IMG/VR virus record: IMGVR_UViG_3300022555_000054
Source: an uncultured virus (IMG/VR IMGVR_UViG_3300022555_000054)
Lineage: Duplodnaviria; Heunggongvirae; Uroviricota; Caudoviricetes
Length of the DNA stretch: 64,000 bases
Strand: one strand, 5' to 3'
The notes below the pieces were generated by a model. That model made no database searches. It saw only the letters and a list, made by a program, of their open reading frames with translations, and was not told the DNA's origin. The position numbers and the translations under genes were made by a program. This document shows, piece by piece, positions 8,293-18,080 of the stretch; the stretch's first letter is position 1; each line of letters opens with the position of its first letter.

Positions 8293-9624
8293 ATGAACAC
8301 TGAATTGCGCGTAGAACAGTGGCCGACCGATAAACTGGTAGACTACGCCCGCAATCCGCGCAAGAACGATGCTGTCGTTGACAAGATGTGCGCCGCTATT
8401 CGTGAGTTCGGCTTTCGTATCCCGGTGGTGGCAAAGTCGGACGGCACCGTGGTCGACGGCCACTTGCGACTGAAGGCAGCAAGAAAACTCGGGCTTGAGA
8501 CTGTTCCGGTTGCACTCGCTGATGACTTAACCGACGCGCAGATCAAAGCGTTCCGCCTGCTGGCGAACAAGTCGGCAAACTGGGCTGAGTGGGACGACGA
8601 ACTGCTGGCGCTGGAGTTGGGCGAGCTACAAGCCGAGGGGTTCGATCTCGAACTGACCGGTTTCGACGGCGACGAGATTGCTGAGTTGCTGGCGGAAGAG
8701 ACTGAGGGGCTGACTGACCCCGATGACACGCCGGAGACGCCGGCCGACCCGGTTAGCGTGCTCGGCGATGTCTGGGTGCTCGGGAGGCATCGGATCGTGT
8801 GCGGCGATAGCACAAGCGCCGACGTTATCGAAAAGCTGATGTTGGGCAAACAAGCCGATCTGTGTTTCACGTCCCCGCCCTACGCGCAACAGCGCGACTA
8901 CAAATCCGGCGGGATCAACGATTGGGATGCTCTGATGCAGGGCGTGTTCTCAATCCTACCGGTCAAGCACGAAGCTCAAGTCTTGGTAAATCTCGGGCTC
9001 GTCCACCGCGATGGCGAGTGGATGCCCTATTGGGACGGCTGGGTCGAGTGGATGAGGACCGCCGGATATCGCCGCTTCGGCTGGTACGTCTGGGATCAGG
9101 GTCCGGGACTGCCCGGCGATTGGAATGGCCGACTAGCGCCATCGCACGAGTTCATCTTCCACTTCAACCGCGTGGCTGAGAAAGCGCGGAAGACGAAAGA
9201 GTCGAAGCACGCTGGTTCCGCCAACCACGGGACTGGGATGCGAGGGAAAGACGGGAAAGTCGGTGGATATACAGCCATCGGGAAGAACGTCCAAGACAGG
9301 AAGATACCAGATAGCGTCGTCCGAGTGATGCGCCACAAAGCGCGTGGGATTGAGACTGCGCATCCGGCAGTGTTTCCAGTCGATCTCGTTTCGGAGATGA
9401 TGACAGCATTCAGCGATCCAGACGACTTGATATACGAGCCGTTTATGGGCAGCGGCACGCAGCTTATCAGCGCCCAGAAAAACGGCCGCAGTTGCTACGG
9501 CTGCGAACTGGCCCCGGAATACGTTGACGTTGCCGTTCGTCGGTTCCAACAGTTCAGCGGGCAACTGGCTAAACTTGAGTCCGATGGCCGCACGTTCGAC
9601 GAGATCAAGAATGCCGGCCGGTGA
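8293..9624 (+). CDS. ParB-like domain + N4/N6 DNA methyltransferase fusion
   Basis: YARNPRKND, VVDGHLRLKAA (ParB-like); TSPPY, HPAVFP, YEPFMGSGT. Confidence 0.92.
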   Translation: MNTELRVEQWPTDKLVDYARNPRKNDAVVDKMCAAIREFGFRIPVVAKSDGTVVDGHLRLKAARKLGLETVPVALADDLTDAQIKAFRLLANKSANWAEWDDELLALELGELQAEGFDLELTGFDGDEIAELLAEETEGLTDPDDTPETPADPVSVLGDVWVLGRHRIVCGDSTSADVIEKLMLGKQADLCFTSPPYAQQRDYKSGGINDWDALMQGVFSILPVKHEAQVLVNLGLVHRDGEWMPYWDGWVEWMRTAGYRRFGWYVWDQGPGLPGDWNGRLAPSHEFIFHFNRVAEKARKTKESKHAGSANHGTGMRGKDGKVGGYTAIGKNVQDRKIPDSVVRVMRHKARGIETAHPAVFPVDLVSEMMTAFSDPDDLIYEPFMGSGTQLISAQKNGRSCYGCELAPEYVDVAVRRFQQFSGQLAKLESDGRTFDEIKNAGR

Positions 9625-9790
9625 CATCACCGAGTGCCGCTACATCAGCTACGCCGACCAGCAACGCTACCTCGACGACGGCTGGACGATTACCCCACAG
9701 CGCGGCCCGCACGCGGCTTATGGCGTGATCGCCAGCAGACCCATTCCGGACAGCAACCATGCCCCGCAAACCCTTCCGCCCCACCCCTGA
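9611..9790 (+). CDS. Small protein containing repeat copy 2 (9626-9748)
   Basis: MPAGDITECRYISYADQQRYLDDGWTITPQRGPHAAYGVIASRPIP... Confidence 0.5.
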   Translation: MPAGDITECRYISYADQQRYLDDGWTITPQRGPHAAYGVIASRPIPDSNHAPQTLPPHP

Positions 9791-10172
9791 ACACCGGAAG
9801 CTGGTCGAGCAGCTATCCGCCTATGGCATCCCCCAGGCGGACATCTGCGCCATGATCATCAACCCGGAATCGGGCCGGAAAATCGACGAGCAGACGCTGG
9901 CGAATAACTTCCGACATGAACTGGACACCGGCACGACCAAGGCCAACGCCCGCGTTGCAGGCTCGCTCTACAAGAACGCCACCGAGGGCAATAACGTCAC
10001 GGCGCAAATCTTCTGGCTCAAGACGCGCGCCCGCTGGAAAGAGCCGCCGCAGGAATTGCGCCATGGGGGCAGCGATGAGGCGGGGCCGATTCATGTTGAT
10101 GTTGGTTCGCCCGAGCAACGCCAAGCGGCACTAACTCTCGCCATCGAAATGGCCGCGTCGAAAGCCGAGTAG
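9759..10172 (+). CDS. terS: Terminase small subunit
   Basis: HTH-like N terminus; VAGSLYKNATEGNNVTAQIFWLKTR; directly upstream of terL. Confidence 0.8.
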   Translation: MPRKPFRPTPEHRKLVEQLSAYGIPQADICAMIINPESGRKIDEQTLANNFRHELDTGTTKANARVAGSLYKNATEGNNVTAQIFWLKTRARWKEPPQELRHGGSDEAGPIHVDVGSPEQRQAALTLAIEMAASKAE

Positions 10173-11608
10173 TGGGCGCCACCGCGATAATCGAGACGAT
10201 GGCGGCGGAGTTGGCCGCGAACCGTGACGCTCTCGCGATCATGGCCGCGCAAGAGCAGTTGGTTCCATTTGCCGGATTCGCCCACTGCGGAAGGTTTCGC
10301 GCGCCGCGTCACTTGCAAAAGCTGGCGCGGGCGCTGGAAGCGGTAGAACGCGGAGACATCAAGCGGCTCATTGTTGCCATGCCGCCGAGACACGGTAAGT
10401 CGCATCTGGTATCCGAGACGTTTCCGGCATGGTATCTTGGGCGCAACCCTGACAAGTACGTGATCTCCGCGACATACGCGCAAGAGTTTGCCGACGACAT
10501 CGGGCGAAAAGTCCGCAATACCATGGCGGACCCCAGCTACGGCGCGTTGTTCCCGAAATCCATGCTTGCGAAAGACAGCACAAGCGTTCGCAGGTTCAGC
10601 ACGGTATCCGGTGGATCATACTTCTCGGTTGGCGCGGGCGGCCCAATTACTGGGCGCGGCGCACACTTGCTTCTGATAGATGATCCCCTGAAAAGTCGCG
10701 AAGACGCCGACAGTGAAATCATCCGCAAGCATTTGCGGGACTGGTACGCATCGGTTGCCTACACTCGGCTTATGCCCGGAGGCGCGGTTGTTATTATAGC
10801 CACCCGCTGGCATGAGGACGACCTAACCGGCTGGCTTCTTAGGGACCATCAACACGAGGACTGGACCGTTATCGATATGCCGGCGATCAGTGACGTTGGC
10901 GAGGCTCTGTGGCCTGAGCAATACCCGCTTGAGCGGCTCCGGGAGATCGAGCGCACCATCGGCGTCCGAGAGTGGTCAGCCCTGTACCAGCAACGCCCGG
11001 CCCCGGTCGAAGGCGTGCTGTTCAAGCCGGAGCGGATCACGCCGGTTGACGCGTTGCCGGCCGGGTTGAAGTTCGCTCGCGGCTGGGATTTGGCCGCGAC
11101 GGCGCAACTCGGGACCAATGACCCGGACTGGACTGTTGGGGCGCTTGTCGGCCGGGACACGGCGGGCGTGATCTACATCGCCGATATTGTCCGGCTGCGC
11201 GGTTCGCCGCTGGATGTTGAGCGCGCCATCGCCAACACGGCGGCACGAGACCGGGCCGAGCATGGCGCGGGTGTTTCGATCAGCCTACCGCAAGACCCAG
11301 GGCAGGCCGGCAAAGCACAGGCCCAAGCGTTCGTACGGATGCTGGCCGGTTACGTGGTCGAGACGACGCCGGAGACCGGAGACAAGGCCACACGCGCCGC
11401 GCCGCTCGCCGCTCAGGTTGAGGCGGGTAATGTGCGGATGCTCAAGGCGCCGTGGAACCGGGATTTGCTCGGTGAGATGTCGGTGTTTCCAGCCGGCAAG
11501 CATGATGACCAAGTGGACGCGCTGAGTAGGGCGTTCGCGAAGGTTTGCGTGAGCAATACATCCGTCATCGACTTCTACGCCGGCCTATCCGCCGCCAAGA
11601 AAGCATAG
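10172..11608 (+). CDS. terL: Terminase large subunit
   Basis: Walker A MPPRHGKS, Walker B LLLIDD, TRWHEDD, GWDLA, HDDQVDALS nuclease motif. Confidence 0.95.
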   Translation: MGATAIIETMAAELAANRDALAIMAAQEQLVPFAGFAHCGRFRAPRHLQKLARALEAVERGDIKRLIVAMPPRHGKSHLVSETFPAWYLGRNPDKYVISATYAQEFADDIGRKVRNTMADPSYGALFPKSMLAKDSTSVRRFSTVSGGSYFSVGAGGPITGRGAHLLLIDDPLKSREDADSEIIRKHLRDWYASVAYTRLMPGGAVVIIATRWHEDDLTGWLLRDHQHEDWTVIDMPAISDVGEALWPEQYPLERLREIERTIGVREWSALYQQRPAPVEGVLFKPERITPVDALPAGLKFARGWDLAATAQLGTNDPDWTVGALVGRDTAGVIYIADIVRLRGSPLDVERAIANTAARDRAEHGAGVSISLPQDPGQAGKAQAQAFVRMLAGYVVETTPETGDKATRAAPLAAQVEAGNVRMLKAPWNRDLLGEMSVFPAGKHDDQVDALSRAFAKVCVSNTSVIDFYAGLSAAKKA

Positions 11609-11613
11609 CCCTA

Positions 11614-13836
11614 ATGTCCGAACCCGTTAGAATCCTCATTGACCCTGGAATCGTCCAGCGCGTCGCGCAGGGGTTCCGCTACGCCTTGACCGGCGTTGCC
11701 CCTAACGGGTGGTTCGGGCCGTCACAGCCGATGCAGCCGGCGGCGCAAGAGCAGGCTGTCGGGCGGCAGTTCGACTATCAAACCGGCTACAACATCCAAA
11801 TGGCACCGCGCGCCAACGAGCCGGTGACATTTGCGACGTTGCGCGGTCTGGCCGACGGCTACGACCTGCTGCGGCTGGTGATTGAAACCCGCAAGGACCA
11901 GCTTGAGCGCATGGCATGGGACATCCAGTTTCGCGATGGCGCGACCGGATCAGAAGCCAAGCTGAAGGAAGTCACCGACAGGTTGCTGCGCCCCGATGGT
12001 CGCCTGTCCTGGCGCCAATGGTCGCGCATGTTGCTGGAAGACATGCTGGTGCTCGACGCCCCCGCCGTTTACCTGCGGCGAACCAACGGAGGCGCTCTGT
12101 TCGCCCTGGAGCCAATCGACGGCGCCACCATCGCGCCGAAGATCGATGATAGTGGCCGCGCGCCGATGGACGGAGTTGCCTATCAGCAGATCATCAAGGG
12201 CATCCCGGCATGCGACTATACGGCCGACGAGCTGGTCTACTACCCGCGCAACCTGCGGACAAATCGGGTCTATGGCTTCGGCCCAGTCGAGCAAATCATC
12301 ACGACGGTCAACCTCGCTCTGCGCCGTCAGGTCAGCCAGCTTCAGTATTACACGGAAGGCAACCTGCCCGAGACGCTGATCAGCGTTCCGAAGGAATGGT
12401 CCGTCGATCAGATCAAGCAGTTCGACGAGCATTTCAACTCGATGCTCCAGGGCAACACCGCCGCCCGGCGGCGCGGGTTCTTTGTCCCCGAAGGCACCAA
12501 GCCATGGGACATCAAGGAAAGCCCGCTCAAGGACCAATTCGACGATTGGCTCGCCCGGATCGTGTGCTTTGCGTTCTCCGTCAGCCCGCAGGCCCTCGTG
12601 CAAATGCAGAACCGGGCAACCGCCCAGGTCGGCGCCGAGGAAGCCTCGAAAGAGGGTCTTGAGCCGCTGAAGCTCTGGATGTCGGATTTCATCAACGAGT
12701 GCATCCAGCGCGGCTTCGGCTATGACGATATCGAGTTCGTCTGGTCGGAAGAGGAAGCTGTTTCCCCGGATATCCGGGCGACGGTCAACGACAAATATTT
12801 GCGTTCTGGCGTCAAGACGCTGAATGAGGTCCGCGGCGACCTTGGCCTTGATCCTGTTGAGGGCGGTGATGTTCACCTGATCTACACTGCGGCCGGCGCC
12901 GTGAAGCTCGACGAGGTGCTGAACCCTCCGGAGCCGCCGCCGGCGCAGAGCCAAGACCCAGCCGGCCCCCCGGCTCAGGAGGTAGGCAAATCCGCCGACG
13001 CCCCTTTCGTCAAATTCGCTGACGACAAAGTCATTGACGCGGTCGATACTGCTGGGGCCGTGACGCCGACGCCAGAATCGGCCGTTGACGAGAAGAAGGA
13101 CGATCATCGCAAGGAACTCGCGGCGGTTATCCTGGCGCTGCTGACGAACTGGCGCCGCTCGGTATTGATCGGGATATTCTGGACCGGCGAGGACGCCGGC
13201 GATCCGCAGCTTGCGGAATGGGCCATGGCCTACGCCGACCACACGCTCGGGCTGGTGAACAACACGACGCGGCGGGCCATCATTGACGCGATGGCGGTTG
13301 TGCAGGGTGGCGGCGGGGTAGCGGCTACCGTAAGCGGAACAACCGGGCCGGCGGCCAATGACAGCGCCGCCGCGACCATTGATGCCATCAAGCGGGCGTT
13401 CAAGCAGGCCATCGACAGCCGGTCGGTCATCGCGGGAGATACGGTAGCGGTTGCCACCGCAGGCTTTGCAGCCCGGTCAGCATACAAGACGGCCGGTGTC
13501 AAAGCGGCCGAGTGGATTACCTGCCTGGATAGCCGGGTCCGCGACACGCATTGGGCCATGCACGGGCAGGTTCGTGAACTGGGGCGGCCGTTCGATAGCC
13601 CGAGTGGCGCGCAGGCGTTCTACCCAGGCGGGTTTGGTATCGCGGCGGAAGATGTGAACTGCCGCTGCGTTCTCGGCCCGGCGGAACTGAGCAAGGCCGA
13701 CGATCCGCGAGATGCGCTCTGGCATGAGCGCGAGGCGATGCGGGCCAAAGGGGCAAAGAAGATCGCCATCGTCATGCGCCGGATATTCCGGGCGCAGCGG
13801 GCGGCGGTCCTCACGACAATCGGGAATAAGCCATGA
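11614..13836 (+). CDS. Portal protein fused to a MuF/SPP1 gp7-like minor head domain
   Basis: Portal-like core (YG.GPVE, T.NEVR..LGL.PV.GGD), Pro-rich linker, then EWITCLDSRVRDTH..MHGQ...FYPG...VNCRC. Confidence 0.85.
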   Translation: MSEPVRILIDPGIVQRVAQGFRYALTGVAPNGWFGPSQPMQPAAQEQAVGRQFDYQTGYNIQMAPRANEPVTFATLRGLADGYDLLRLVIETRKDQLERMAWDIQFRDGATGSEAKLKEVTDRLLRPDGRLSWRQWSRMLLEDMLVLDAPAVYLRRTNGGALFALEPIDGATIAPKIDDSGRAPMDGVAYQQIIKGIPACDYTADELVYYPRNLRTNRVYGFGPVEQIITTVNLALRRQVSQLQYYTEGNLPETLISVPKEWSVDQIKQFDEHFNSMLQGNTAARRRGFFVPEGTKPWDIKESPLKDQFDDWLARIVCFAFSVSPQALVQMQNRATAQVGAEEASKEGLEPLKLWMSDFINECIQRGFGYDDIEFVWSEEEAVSPDIRATVNDKYLRSGVKTLNEVRGDLGLDPVEGGDVHLIYTAAGAVKLDEVLNPPEPPPAQSQDPAGPPAQEVGKSADAPFVKFADDKVIDAVDTAGAVTPTPESAVDEKKDDHRKELAAVILALLTNWRRSVLIGIFWTGEDAGDPQLAEWAMAYADHTLGLVNNTTRRAIIDAMAVVQGGGGVAATVSGTTGPAANDSAAATIDAIKRAFKQAIDSRSVIAGDTVAVATAGFAARSAYKTAGVKAAEWITCLDSRVRDTHWAMHGQVRELGRPFDSPSGAQAFYPGGFGIAAEDVNCRCVLGPAELSKADDPRDALWHEREAMRAKGAKKIAIVMRRIFRAQRAAVLTTIGNKP

Positions 13837-15092
13837 ACCTCTACGGCGAAATCAGCAAGGTCGATCCCCAGGACGACGGCACGATCAAGGTCTACGGCTT
13901 CGCCTCAACCGCCGCCGAAGATAGCCAGGGCGAGACGGTGCTGCCCGACGCGATCAAGGCCGCACTGCCCGACTACATGAAGTTCGGCGCCGTCCGCGAG
14001 ATGCACCAGCCGCTCGCCGCTGGCACCGCCATCGAAGCAAGCGTGCAAGACGACGGCCGGACTTGGTTCGGAGCCCACGTGGTCGATCCGATCGCCGTGA
14101 AGAAGGTCCAGACCGGCGTCTACAAGGGGTTCAGCATCGGCGGCAAGGTCACCGAGCGCGACACTTTGAACCGAACCATCATCAAGGGAATCAGGCTAAC
14201 CGAGATCAGTCTGGTTGACCGCCCGGCCAATCCCGAGGCCGTTTTCACCATGTACAAGGCCGAAGGAGCCGATATGAACCAGGAAGCTACGGCCTCCGAA
14301 GAGGCGACGATTGCCACCGAGACCGAGGGCCCGGCCGTGCTGACCGAGCGCGACGCGGCCAAGTCCGCCGCCCTGGATGGGCTCAAGAAGTACCTCGGAG
14401 AGGAAGTCTGGGACGCCCAGCGCGCCCTCGACGCCCTGGCCGCGCTGACCGATCTGCTCCGGAATGAGCTGTGGGAAGCCGAAGACGGCGACGGCGAACC
14501 GCCTGAGCAAGTCGCCGCCCTCCGCGAGGCCATCGCCCGGCTGAAGGCGTTCATCGTCTCCGAAATCCAGGAGAACAACGATGAGGGCGCCGCGCCGGCC
14601 GACGACGCCGTTGCCCAGGCTGAGCCCATCGCCGACCTGGAGAAGGCCGGAAAGGAGATCAGCGCCAAGAACAGCGAACACCTTGGCGCCATCCACAAGG
14701 CCGCCAGCGACATCGCCACGCGCTGCGCCAAGATGATGGGCGCGGCCGACGCCGCCGCCGTGGACGATGCCGACAAGGCCGAAGCCCCCGATGATCTGGC
14801 AAAGGCCGATCTGGCGAAGGTCCAGGCCGAAGCCACCGACCTGCGCAAGTCCCTTGATACCGTGACCGCCGAGCGCGACACCCTGGCGAAAGCCAAGGCC
14901 GAGTGGGAAGCGCAACCGGCCCCGGCCAAGGGCGCCGTGCGAGTTATCGAGAAGTCCGCCGACACGGGCGCGTCCGAGCCGTCAGCGATCGACAACCTCC
15001 AGAAGTCGCTCGAAAAGATGTCTCCTGAACAGCAGGCGCAAGCCGTGCTCAAGTTCACGCTCAAGCACGGCGGCAAAATACTACCGGTGTAA
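13833..15092 (+). CDS. HK97-type prohead protease with scaffold-like C terminus
   Basis: VYGFAST..DSQGE, VREMH, KGFSIGG, EISLVDRPANPEA; acidic coiled-coil tail. Confidence 0.9.
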   Translation: MNLYGEISKVDPQDDGTIKVYGFASTAAEDSQGETVLPDAIKAALPDYMKFGAVREMHQPLAAGTAIEASVQDDGRTWFGAHVVDPIAVKKVQTGVYKGFSIGGKVTERDTLNRTIIKGIRLTEISLVDRPANPEAVFTMYKAEGADMNQEATASEEATIATETEGPAVLTERDAAKSAALDGLKKYLGEEVWDAQRALDALAALTDLLRNELWEAEDGDGEPPEQVAALREAIARLKAFIVSEIQENNDEGAAPADDAVAQAEPIADLEKAGKEISAKNSEHLGAIHKAASDIATRCAKMMGAADAAAVDDADKAEAPDDLAKADLAKVQAEATDLRKSLDTVTAERDTLAKAKAEWEAQPAPAKGAVRVIEKSADTGASEPSAIDNLQKSLEKMSPEQQAQAVLKFTLKHGGKILPV

Positions 15093-15115
15093 CGGCAGGA
15101 ACATTTCGGAATAAC

Positions 15116-15138
15116 AGCCGCCTTCATGGCGGCTTTTT
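15116..15138 (+). terminator. Hairpin and U tract before the capsid gene
   Basis: AGCCGCC-TTCAT-GGCGGCT-TTTT. Confidence 0.5.
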
Positions 15139-15211
15139 CATGCCCGCGTGTTAGCCCGCGTGGGGTCATCTAATCCAATGCTCTTGGGCAAGGCATTCAA
15201 GGAGCCTCAAA

Positions 15212-16711
15212 ATGGCTAACACCGTCAACGAAGCCCTCGCGCTTCTCAAAAACAGCATCCAGAACCCCGACGCCGATCTCCAGAAGGCTTACACCCAGTC
15301 TGGGACCGCGACCTCGGGCATTACCGCCTATGACCTTGAAGCCGGCGCCAAGCTGCTCTTCCCGGTCCTCACCCCTCTGCGCAACAGTATTCCCCGCGTC
15401 TCCGGTCGTGGTGGCATTCAGGCTAACTGGCGCTCGATCACCGGCATCAACACCTCGAACGGCAACATCGGCGTGTCCGAAGGCAACCGGGGTGTTGTGG
15501 CCGCGACCAGCACCGCTGACTATACCGCCGCCTACAAGACCATCGGTCTGGAAGACAGCGTGACCTTCGAAGCCGACTATGCGGCGGAAGGCTTCGACGA
15601 CGTGAAGGCGCTGGCGACCTCCAACCTGCTGCGCGCCCTGATGATCGGCGAGGAAAAGTACATCCTCGGCGGCAACAACAGCGTGGCGCTCGGAACCTGC
15701 GGCACCCCGACCGTGACCGATGTTGCGACCGGTGGCGCCATTGCCCAGACCACCGTGGTCTCGGTGATCGTGGTCGCGCTGACCATGGAAGGCTATCTGA
15801 ACGCCTCGGTTGCTGGCGGCTTGCCGCTTTCGGCAACCCGCACGCTGGCTGATGGCTCAACCGAAGCCGTCAATCAGGGCACCTCGATCAAGTCGGCGGC
15901 TGGGTCCGCCACCACTGCGACCGATGGCCTCTCGACCCACTCGGTTCGCGCTTCGTGGACCTGGAAGTCCGGCGCCGTGGCGTACGGCGTCTACTGGGGC
16001 ACGGCCGGCAACGAGACCCTCGGCGCCATCGTCTTCCAGAACTCCTACCTGATCACCGTTGCCACCGGCACCGGCACTCAGTTGGCCTCGGCCGGCTTCA
16101 CTGCCGATAAGAGCCGCAACAGCATGGCCTTCGACGGCCTGTTGACCCAGGCTCTGACCTCCAACTCCGGCGCCTACGTCAAGACCCTAGCGACCGGCAC
16201 CCCCGGCGTTGGTTCGACCCTGACCGGCGACGGCGTGGGCGGCATCGTCGAGATCGACACCGCGCTCCAGTCGTTCTGGGACAACTACCGCCTGTCGCCC
16301 GATACTATCTGGGTGTCGTCGCAGCAGCAGAAGGACATCTCGGCGAAGGTGCTGGCCGGGAACGCCAACACCGCGCAGCGGTTCTCCTTCAACGTCGATC
16401 AGGGCATGATCGCTGGCGGCGTGATGGTTCGCTCGTACCTGAACAAGTTCAGCATGAGCGGCGCCCAGGAAATCCCGATCAAGATTCACCCGAACCTTCC
16501 GGCCGGGACTATCCTGTTCACGTCGAACAGCATCCCCTACCCGCTGTCGAACGTCGGCAACGTGATGCAGATTCGCACTCGTCGCGAATACTACAGCATC
16601 GAGTGGCCGCGCCGGACCCGCAAGTACGAGTACGGCGTCTATGCCGACGAAGTGCTCCAGCACTACTTCCCCCCGTCGATGGGCGTCATTCAGAACATCG
16701 CCGCCGGCTGA
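15212..16711 (+). CDS. Major capsid protein with a T/G/A-rich central insertion
   Basis: Position after the protease; strong AAGGAG RBS; strongly biased codons; TPLRNSIPR, FDGL, and C-terminal GVIQNI. Confidence 0.85.
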   Translation: MANTVNEALALLKNSIQNPDADLQKAYTQSGTATSGITAYDLEAGAKLLFPVLTPLRNSIPRVSGRGGIQANWRSITGINTSNGNIGVSEGNRGVVAATSTADYTAAYKTIGLEDSVTFEADYAAEGFDDVKALATSNLLRALMIGEEKYILGGNNSVALGTCGTPTVTDVATGGAIAQTTVVSVIVVALTMEGYLNASVAGGLPLSATRTLADGSTEAVNQGTSIKSAAGSATTATDGLSTHSVRASWTWKSGAVAYGVYWGTAGNETLGAIVFQNSYLITVATGTGTQLASAGFTADKSRNSMAFDGLLTQALTSNSGAYVKTLATGTPGVGSTLTGDGVGGIVEIDTALQSFWDNYRLSPDTIWVSSQQQKDISAKVLAGNANTAQRFSFNVDQGMIAGGVMVRSYLNKFSMSGAQEIPIKIHPNLPAGTILFTSNSIPYPLSNVGNVMQIRTRREYYSIEWPRRTRKYEYGVYADEVLQHYFPPSMGVIQNIAAG

Positions 16712-16720
16712 TAATTGGGC

Positions 16721-16740
16721 GGGGAGGCTTCGGCCTCCCC
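16721..16740 (+). terminator. Stem-loop after the capsid gene
   Basis: GGGGAGGC-TTCG-GCCTCCCC. Confidence 0.55.
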
Positions 16741-16765
16741 CTCATTCTCTCGAAGGAGTGTCGCC

Positions 16766-16963
16766 ATGAAATTCCGCCTTCCCGACGAATGCTCTCCCAA
16801 CGGGACTTTCGGCATTGATGCCCAGGAGTTCCCGGTTGCGGATGGCGTCGTTGATCTGCCCGACATCATCGTCACCGACTACGCCGAGCAGATTGCCGCG
16901 CATGGCCTGACCGTCGTTGTCCCCGGAGAGCCCGTGACCGCTCGCAAGCGCAGGGGCGAGTAA
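16766..16963 (+). CDS. Small head-associated protein
   Basis: AAGGAG RBS; position after the capsid gene. Confidence 0.6.
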   Translation: MKFRLPDECSPNGTFGIDAQEFPVADGVVDLPDIIVTDYAEQIAAHGLTVVVPGEPVTARKRRGE

Positions 16964-16965
16964 TC

Positions 16966-17529
16966 ATGAACCTGACCAGCGTTGCCGCCGTTCGTGGCTA
17001 TTCCGGCCTCGCGGCCTCGGATATCAGCGACTACGAACTCGGCAACCTCGTCACCCTCGCGTCCGCCGTGATCCGGGGCTATTGCAGCCGCGATATCACC
17101 GCCGAGGGACCGTATACCGAGACGTTCGATGGCAACGGCGGCGCAAAGTTCGTTCCGCAGCAATGGCCGGTGACGGCGGTGTCGTCGGTGACGGTCAACG
17201 ACCAGGCCATCCCGGCCGCGACGAGCGCGACCGCTCCGGGCTTTGTGTTCTCGGCCGGAGCTGTGGGGCTGCGAGGGTACCGATTCTCCTGCGGCATGGC
17301 GAACTGCACCGTGGCCTATACCGCTGGGCAGGGGATCGTTCCCGCCGATGTCGAGCAAGCCTGCATCCTAACCGTTCTTGCCGCATACAATGCGGCGACA
17401 CGCGACCCGGCAGTGCGCAGTGAGGTCGTCAATCACGGCGTCTATCAGGCCACCTACGCGCCGCTGGAAATCCCAGCCGACGCCAAGCTCATTCTCGACC
17501 AAACCCCGTATGTGCGGCGGTGGGCGTGA
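16966..17529 (+). CDS. Head-tail connector (gp6/gp15-like adaptor)
   Basis: LTSVAAVR, I.GYCSR, TETFDG, PVTAVSSV, VAYTAG, VPADVEQA. Confidence 0.8.
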   Translation: MNLTSVAAVRGYSGLAASDISDYELGNLVTLASAVIRGYCSRDITAEGPYTETFDGNGGAKFVPQQWPVTAVSSVTVNDQAIPAATSATAPGFVFSAGAVGLRGYRFSCGMANCTVAYTAGQGIVPADVEQACILTVLAAYNAATRDPAVRSEVVNHGVYQATYAPLEIPADAKLILDQTPYVRRWA

Positions 17530-18080
17530 GCGCCCGTTCCCGGCGGGTAACGCAGGTCATCCGCAAATGCCCCGGTAGCGAGGACATCATCTTCCGCCGC
17601 GTCACCACAACGGCGGCAAAGAGCGGAGCGGCCTATCCCATTGGGACCAGCACGATCAACGTCACCAACTGCTCGGCCGGCTGGGGTGGTGTGGTTCCGG
17701 GCGACACCTTCGGCACCTACCCCTATGCCGTCAGCAATACCGTCGCTCCCGTCGCGGGGGTCATGACCGGCGTCACATTCACCCCGGCCATCACCATGGC
17801 CCTGACCAACGGCTCGGCGCTCAGTTTCAACCACGCCATCGACACAACGGTGCGCGCAGAAGTCACGAGCTTTGACCAAGCGATGATCGCTATGGGCGTC
17901 GTGAGCATCTCCGACCTCAAGGTCACGATGTCGGCCATCGACAACACCGGCTCGGCGCTCCCTACCCCGATCCCGACTGACAAGCTGGTGATTGGCGGGA
18001 AGGTGTTGAGCGTGGGCGCTGTCAGGCAAATCCGCATCGACGGCCAGATCGTCATGTTCGAAATCCAAGCGAAGGGCTGA
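17526..18080 (+). CDS. Head-closure/stopper-like protein
   Basis: Position; C-terminal P.PTDKLVIGG...FEIQAKG. Confidence 0.6.
   Translation: MSARSRRVTQVIRKCPGSEDIIFRRVTTTAAKSGAAYPIGTSTINVTNCSAGWGGVVPGDTFGTYPYAVSNTVAPVAGVMTGVTFTPAITMALTNGSALSFNHAIDTTVRAEVTSFDQAMIAMGVVSISDLKVTMSAIDNTGSALPTPIPTDKLVIGGKVLSVGAVRQIRIDGQIVMFEIQAKG

Noticed and set aside
7976..9748. Repeat pair as a DGR template/variable repeat
   Set aside because: No reverse transcriptase in the window; differences are largely synonymous and not adenine-specific.
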